Translations under genes and position numbers: made by a program | Shown: in pieces, positions 57,823-64,000 of the stretch | How positions within the stretch are numbered: position 1 is the first letter of the stretch | How the letters are laid out: every line of letters starts with the position of its first letter | NCBI GenBank assembly: GCA_028826165.1 | Contig: JAPDFW010000066.1 | Location: 62,001 to 126,000, forward strand | DNA: 64,000 bases | Direction: 5' to 3' | Origin: Anaeramoeba ignava BMAN | Taxonomy: Eukaryota; Protista; Anaeramoebae | The notes under the pieces: generated by a model | What the model was told of the DNA's origin: nothing | Databases searched by the model: none | What the model saw: the letters and a program-made list of their open reading frames with translations, nothing else

Positions 57823-58401
57823 ATGCAATCAATTAAATGTGTAGTTGTTGGAGATGGAGCAGTTGGTAAAACATGTTTATTAATATCATATACAACAAAT
57901 GCATTTCCAGGAGAATATATACCAACAGTATTTGATAATTATTCAGCCAATGTAATGGTAGATGGAAAACCAATCAATTTAGGATTATGGGATACAGCAG
58001 GACAAGAAGATTACGATAGATTAAGACCATTATCATATCCACAAACGGATGTATTTTTGATCTGTTTTTCATTGATTTCACCTTCTTCTTTTGAAAACGT
58101 TAGAGCTAAATGGGTTCCTGAAATTCATCATCATTGTTCTAATGTTCCTATGATTCTTGTTGGTACTAAGCTTGATTTGAGAGATGACCAAGATACTATC
58201 ATGAAACTTGAAGAAAAAGGTTTATCTCCTATTAGTTATCAAGCTGGTATGGATATGGCTAAAGAAATTAAAGCGGTTAAATATTTGGAATGTTCTGCTT
58301 TGACTCAGAAAAATTTGAAAACTGTTTTTGATGAATCTATTCGTGCTGTTCTTTCTCCTGTTAAACCTGATAAACCAAAAAAGAAATGCTCTATTTTATA
58401 A
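57823..58401 (+). CDS. RAC1: Rac-family Rho GTPase (intronless)
   Basis: [55 protein letters not shown] and the CAAX motif CSIL. Confidence 0.97.
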   Translation: MQSIKCVVVGDGAVGKTCLLISYTTNAFPGEYIPTVFDNYSANVMVDGKPINLGLWDTAGQEDYDRLRPLSYPQTDVFLICFSLISPSSFENVRAKWVPEIHHHCSNVPMILVGTKLDLRDDQDTIMKLEEKGLSPISYQAGMDMAKEIKAVKYLECSALTQKNLKTVFDESIRAVLSPVKPDKPKKKCSIL

Positions 58402-58544
58402 TTTTCTTTTTTTTTTAAAAACAAAAAACACAAATTTTAATAAAATATCTTGTTATTGAAAAATCAAAAAATAATTTTTATTTTTTTTATTTTTGGAATT
58501 CTTTTTTTTTTTATTCCACTTTTTTCTTTTTTAAAAAACAAATT

Positions 58545-60112
58545 TATTATTTAAATATTTAACATAAAAATATAAAAAATAAGAATAGATTTAATTTAAT
58601 ATTTAATTTATAAATTAATTTAAAAATATAATTTAATATTTAATTTTATTATTAAAATAATAATTTATTGTTTTATATTTAAATATTTTATTATTTAAAT
58701 ATTTAACATATAAATATAAAAAATGGAAATAGATTTAATTTAATATTTAATTTAGAAATTAATTTAAAAATATAATTTAATATTTAATTTTATTATTAAA
58801 ATAATAATTTAATGTTTTAGATTTAAATATTTTATTATTTCAATATTTAACATAAAAATATAAAAATAAGAATAAGTTTAATTTAATATTTAATTTATAA
58901 ATTTATTTAAAAATATAATTTAATATTTAATTTTATTATTAAAATAATAATTTAATGTTTTAGATTTAAATATTTTATTATTAAAATATTTAACATAAAA
59001 ATATAAAAATAAAAATAGATTTAATTTAATATTCAATTTATAAATTAATTTAAAAATATAATTTAATATTTAATTTTATTATTAAAATAATAATTTAATG
59101 TTTTAGATTTAAATATTTTATTATTAAAATATTTAACATATAAATATAAAAAATAAGAATAGGTTTAATTTAATATTCAATTTATAAATTAATTTAAAAA
59201 TATAATTTAATATTTAATTTTATTATTAAAATAATAATTTAATGTTTTTAATTTTAAATATTTTATTATTTAAATATTTAACATATAAATATAAAAATGA
59301 GAATAAGTTTAATTTAATATTTTATTTATAAATTAATTTAAAAATATAATTTATTATTTAATTTTATGTTTAAAATAATAATTTAATGTTTTAAATTTAA
59401 ATATTTTATTATTTAAATATTTAACATAAAAATATAAAAATGAGAATAGATTTAATTTAATATTCAATTTAGAAATTAATTTAAAAATATAATTTAATAT
59501 TTAATTTTATTATTAAAATAATAATTTAATGTTTTAGATTTAAATAATTTATTATTTAAATATTTAACATAAAAATATAAAAATAAGAATAAGTTTAATT
59601 TAATATTTTATTTATAAATTAATTTAAAAAATATAATTTAATATTTAATTTTATTATTAAAATAATAATTTAATGTTTTAAATTTAAATATTTTATTATT
59701 TAAATATTTAACATAAAAATATAAAAATGAGAATAAGTTTAATTTAATATTTAATTTATAAATTAATTTAAAAATATAATTTAATATTTAATTCCATTAT
59801 TAAAATAATAATTTATTGTTTTAGATTTAAATAATTTATTATTAAAATATTTTAACATAAAAATATAAAAATAAGAATAAATTTAATTTAATATTCAATT
59901 TATAAATTAATTTAAAAATATAATTTAATATTTAATTTTATTATTAAAATAATCATTTATTGTTTTAAATTTAAATATTTTATTATTTAAAATATTTAAC
60001 ATATAAATATAAAAAATGGAAATAGTTTTAATTTAATATTTAATTTATAAATTAATTTAAAAATATAATTTAATATTTAGTTTCATGTTTAAAATAATAA
60101 TTTATTGTTTTA
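58545..60112. repeat. AT-rich minisatellite type A, ~11 units of ~143-144 bp
   Basis: aata(g/ag)tttaatttaatatt..ataatttaatgttttagatttaaatattttatta recurs at ~58583, 58727, 58870, 59013, 59157, 59300, 59444, 59587, 59730, 59875 and 60018. Confidence 0.92.
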
Positions 60113-60341
60113 ATTTTGAAAAGAAAAAAGTGGAATAAAATATTTTTTAAATAAGAAATTTAAATGGAAATTAAATAATAATAAATAATAAATCAATTTC
60201 ATTTAATATTTAATTTTATATTTAAATAATAATTTTATATTTTAATTTCATTTTGGGATTAATTTTAAGAAAAAAAAAATTTGTTCTTAATTTGAAAAAA
60301 TATTTTTTCATTTTTTTTTAATCTTTTTTTTGAATTAATAA

Positions 60342-61472
60342 ATGGATCTTGATATACAAGCATTTGTAATTGATAATGGATCTGGTATGACAAAAATAGG
60401 ATTTGCAGGAGATGATGCACCAAGAGCAATTTTCCCATCAATTGTTGAAAGACCAAGATATACAGGAATTATGATGGGAATGGACATGAGAATAAGTAAA
60501 TATGTAGGAGAAGAAGCACAATCCAAAAGGGGAATATTAACATTAAAATATCCAATAGAACGAGGAATAGTAACAAATTGGGATGATATGGAAAAAATAT
60601 GGCATCATGCATTTTATAATGAAGTAAAAGTAGCACCTGAAGAACATCCAATTTTATTAACTGAAGTTCCATTTAATCCAAAAAAAAACAGAGAGAAAAC
60701 AACTCAAATAATGTTTGAAACATTTAACATTCCAGCTTTTTATCTTGCAAATCAATCAGTTTTATCACTTTATGCTTCAGGAATATTAACAGGAATAGTT
60801 ATTGAATCTGGTGATGGTGTTTCTCATATTGTCCCTATTTATGAAGGATATACTTTACCTCATGCAATTATGAGAATTGATTTGGCAGGAAGAGATTTGA
60901 CTGATTATTTAATGAAAATTTTAACAGAAAGAGGATATTCATTTACAACAAGTGCTGAAAGAGAAATTGTTAGAGATATCAAAGAAAAACTTTGTTATGT
61001 TGCTTTTGATTTTGATGAAGAAATGATCATTTCAAATAAATCTTCTTCTATTGAGAAAGATTATGAATTACCTGATGGACAAGTTATCACAATTGGAAAT
61101 GAAAGATTTAGATGTCCAGAAGTTTTGTTTCAACCTTCTTTCTTTGGAATGGAGCAAAAAGGTGTTCATCAAATAACTTATAATTCAATTCTAAAATGTG
61201 ATAATGATATCAGAAAAGATCTTTATGCAAATATTGTTTTATCAGGTGGTTCAACAATGTTTCCTGGAATTGAAGAAAGAATTCAAAGAGAAATTAATCA
61301 ATTAGCTCCTCCTGATATTGATGTTCGTGTTATTGATCCTCCTGAAAGAAAATATTCTGTTTGGATTGGAGGATCTATTTTGGCTTCTCTTTCTACTTTC
61401 CAAAATATGTGGATTTCAAAAGAAGAATATGAAGAATCTGGACCTTTAATTATTCATACAAAATGTTTTTGA
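60342..61472 (+). CDS. ACT: Actin (divergent paralogue, intronless)
   Basis: [61 protein letters not shown] and [22 protein letters not shown]. Confidence 0.97.
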   Translation: MDLDIQAFVIDNGSGMTKIGFAGDDAPRAIFPSIVERPRYTGIMMGMDMRISKYVGEEAQSKRGILTLKYPIERGIVTNWDDMEKIWHHAFYNEVKVAPEEHPILLTEVPFNPKKNREKTTQIMFETFNIPAFYLANQSVLSLYASGILTGIVIESGDGVSHIVPIYEGYTLPHAIMRIDLAGRDLTDYLMKILTERGYSFTTSAEREIVRDIKEKLCYVAFDFDEEMIISNKSSSIEKDYELPDGQVITIGNERFRCPEVLFQPSFFGMEQKGVHQITYNSILKCDNDIRKDLYANIVLSGGSTMFPGIEERIQREINQLAPPDIDVRVIDPPERKYSVWIGGSILASLSTFQNMWISKEEYEESGPLIIHTKCF

Positions 61473-61506
61473 AATCAAAAAATTTTTCCATTTTTTTCAT
61501 TTCAAA

Positions 61507-62958
61507 ATGGAAAATTATTTAAATTTAGAAAAACTTTCAAATGATTTAAAAAATTTATTTCAAAATCAACATCAAAATGAAAATGAAAATGAAAATGAAA
61601 ATGAAAGTTATTTTGATTTTCAAATAATTTGTGAACAAAATAAAACTTCATTTAAAACTCATAAATCAATTCTTTCATCAAGAAGTCAATATTTTAAATC
61701 TCTTTTCAAATCAAAAATGAAAGAATATCAAGAAAATAAATTAATTCTAAAAGATGTTTCAAGTTCAATTCTATCTTCAATTTTGAATTATTTTTATTCA
61801 GGAAAAATTGAAATTAATTTAGAAAATGCAATTCAAATTTTAATTTTTTCATCAAAATATTTAATTGATGAATTAATTCAATTTTCATCAAATTTTATCA
61901 AAAAGAATTTACAATTTGAAACTATTATTGATATTCTTAAATTATCTGAATCAATGAACTTAAATCAATTAACAGATTCTTGTTATCAATTTATTTCACA
62001 AAATTTTGAAGAATTTTCTAAAACTTCATTTTTTCTTGAACTTGAAGAAAATCATTTAAATTCAATTTTATCAAATGATGAAATTCCAATAAATGAATTT
62101 GAACTTTTTCAATCAATAATAAAATGGGGAAAATATAAATCAAATATTAATCAAGAAATGAATAAAAAAGAAAAAGAAAAATTACAAAAACAAATTTCAA
62201 ATATTATTGATAAAATCAGATTTATTCATTTTTCAGAACAAGAATTTGAAGATATTTTGAAAGAAGATTTAATTCCAAAACAAATTTCAGAAAAATTAAC
62301 TCAATTCCAAAAACTTCAAAAACAAAATGATGAAAAAGAATTAAATCAATTTATTGAAAAAGAAAATCAAAATTCATTAATTTTCAAAACAAGATTTAGA
62401 TTAGATTCAGAAATTATACAAGAAAAAGAACATTCCAAGAAATTAAAAGAATGGATAAATGATAATGAATTCTTTTCCAAAATGAAAAAAGGATATTCAG
62501 CAAAAAGAGATGGATTTAATTGTAAAAAATGGCATGATAAAGTTGATAATAAAGGAAAAACATTAGTTATTATCAAAACCAAAGATAATTTTATTTTTGG
62601 AGGATTTACTCAAATTGGATGGATTTCAGGAAAAGATGGAGAACATATTGAAGATTCAAATGCATTTATTTTTTCATTAAGAAATGATAAGAATGATAGA
62701 AAACCAGAGAAATTTTCCATTAGAAAAGGGAAAGAAAAATATGCAATTCAATATTTTTCATCAATATGGGGTCCAGTTTTTGGAAAAAATGGACTTGATT
62801 TTTGTATTGGAATTAATTTACAACCTGGTGATGCAACTTTTGGTCGGAGTTACAATTTGCCTAAAGGAATTAATTATGATACAGATGAAGCTAAAAATTA
62901 TTTGGCTGGTTCTCTTAGTGAATGGGTTGTTGATGAACTTGAGACTTATTTTATTTAA
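61507..62958 (+). CDS. BTB/POZ-BACK-TLDc domain protein
   Basis: HKSILSSRSQYFKSLF..MKE (BTB), FLELEENHLNSILSNDEI..EFELFQSIIKW (BACK) and YSAKRDGF..WHDKVDNKGKTLVIIKT..IFGGFT..AFIFSL..GPVFG (TLDc). Confidence 0.92.
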   Translation: MENYLNLEKLSNDLKNLFQNQHQNENENENENESYFDFQIICEQNKTSFKTHKSILSSRSQYFKSLFKSKMKEYQENKLILKDVSSSILSSILNYFYSGKIEINLENAIQILIFSSKYLIDELIQFSSNFIKKNLQFETIIDILKLSESMNLNQLTDSCYQFISQNFEEFSKTSFFLELEENHLNSILSNDEIPINEFELFQSIIKWGKYKSNINQEMNKKEKEKLQKQISNIIDKIRFIHFSEQEFEDILKEDLIPKQISEKLTQFQKLQKQNDEKELNQFIEKENQNSLIFKTRFRLDSEIIQEKEHSKKLKEWINDNEFFSKMKKGYSAKRDGFNCKKWHDKVDNKGKTLVIIKTKDNFIFGGFTQIGWISGKDGEHIEDSNAFIFSLRNDKNDRKPEKFSIRKGKEKYAIQYFSSIWGPVFGKNGLDFCIGINLQPGDATFGRSYNLPKGINYDTDEAKNYLAGSLSEWVVDELETYFI

Positions 62959-63319
62959 TCCACTTTTTTTTTCAAAATTCATTTTTAAAATTTTTTATAA
63001 TAAAGAAAAATCGAAAATGAAAATAGAAATTAATAATTAAATTTAAATTATTTTTTTTAATTAGATAATTTAAGAAAAAATTATTAAAATTTAATTTTTA
63101 TCTTTATTAAAATATTTCAACAAATTTTCAATTTAATTTTTTATTTTCAATATATTTTATTATAATTAAAATTGTATTAATAAATAATCAAAAATATTAA
63201 TTTAATAAATGAAAATATTATTTCATTTTAGAATAAAATAATTTTAAATTAAATTATTATTAGATATTATTAAAATTAAATATATATTTTTATTAAAATA
63301 TTTCAATTTTCTTTTCAAA

Positions 63320-63571
63320 TTTATTAAATTATTGGGTATTATTTTATATCATTTTAAATAAAGAAATATTAATAAAATATATAAAATAAAATTAATTTTA
63401 AATTTAATTATTTAATAATCTTGATTTAAATTTTTAAATAAATTAGTTAAAATATTTTATTAATTTTATTAAATTATTGGGAATTATTTTATATCATTTT
63501 AAATAAAGAATTATTAATAAAATATATAAAATAAAATTAATTTTAAATTTAATTATTTAATATTCTTGATT
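63320..63571. repeat. Two ~105-bp copies spaced 146 bp apart
   Basis: tttattaaattattggg..attttatatcattttaaataaagaa..cttgatt occurs at 63320 and 63466. Confidence 0.85.
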
Positions 63572-63630
63572 CCATTTTTTTAATTTTTTTCATTTTTCAT
63601 TTTTCATTTTTTTTTTCTTTTTCTTTTAAA

Positions 63631-64000
63631 ATGAATCATTGGAAACGTTTTCAATTTTTTGATAAGCAAATTGTAAAAGATGAAGAAAACAAACCAGCAC
63701 AATTTGGGGATTATAAATGTGTTACAACAGGAAGAGGGCATATCATTTCTGCAGGTAAAACTGATAAAATTAAATTCAAAAATAAAAATAAAAATAAAAA
63801 TAAAAATTAAAAATTAAAATTAAAAATTAAAATTTAAATGAAAATTTTTTTGAATCAAAAAAAAGACAACAATGGAAATATTTTATTTTTGAATCAAGAC
63901 TTCAAACCTGTTCAAGAATTTCCTGCATACAAAAATAATGTGTTTCTAATTTATCAAATGAAACATAGTTATAAACTTGTTACTGTTGGAGATGAAGCAC
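63631..64000 (+). CDS. VPS11: VPS11/PEP5 (HOPS/CORVET subunit), 5' part; intron 63755-63865
   Basis: MNHWKRFQFFDK..CVTTGRGHIISA|DNNGNIFIL..FPAY..LIYQMKHSYKLVTVGDE matches the characteristic Vps11 N-terminus (W(K/R)xFxFF). Confidence 0.85.

Overview
Extremely AT-rich, intron-containing eukaryotic (protist) DNA that uses the standard genetic code. The A-rich AAATCA/AAATTA intron microsatellites, TCA-Y initiator-like motifs, a BTB-BACK-TLDc gene and a presequence-bearing Cpn10 resemble an anaerobic protist such as Anaeramoeba (Metamonada); this is an inference only. Positions 1-40.7 kb hold a head-to-tail array of 13 six-exon genes or pseudogenes, each encoding an Atg1/ULK-like Ser/Thr kinase fused to 1-3 degenerate SH3-like domains. 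The catalytic motifs are conserved, but the substrate-facing segments and the linkers/tails are hypervariable and mosaic. Positions 40.9-64 kb hold a TopBP1-like BRCT gene, Beclin/ATG6, an orphan kinase exon, a GT61 glycosyltransferase, Cpn10, an FG-GAP beta-propeller flanked by direct repeats, AP-2 sigma, MFAP1, a Rac gene embedded in ~144-bp satellites, a divergent actin, BTB-BACK-TLDc and the 5' part of VPS11. The TopBP1-like reading frame is best restored by removing a U12-type (minor spliceosome) AT-AC intron at 42356-42713. Most low-complexity ORFs in the ORF track (IL/KS/DF repeats) are microsatellite artefacts.
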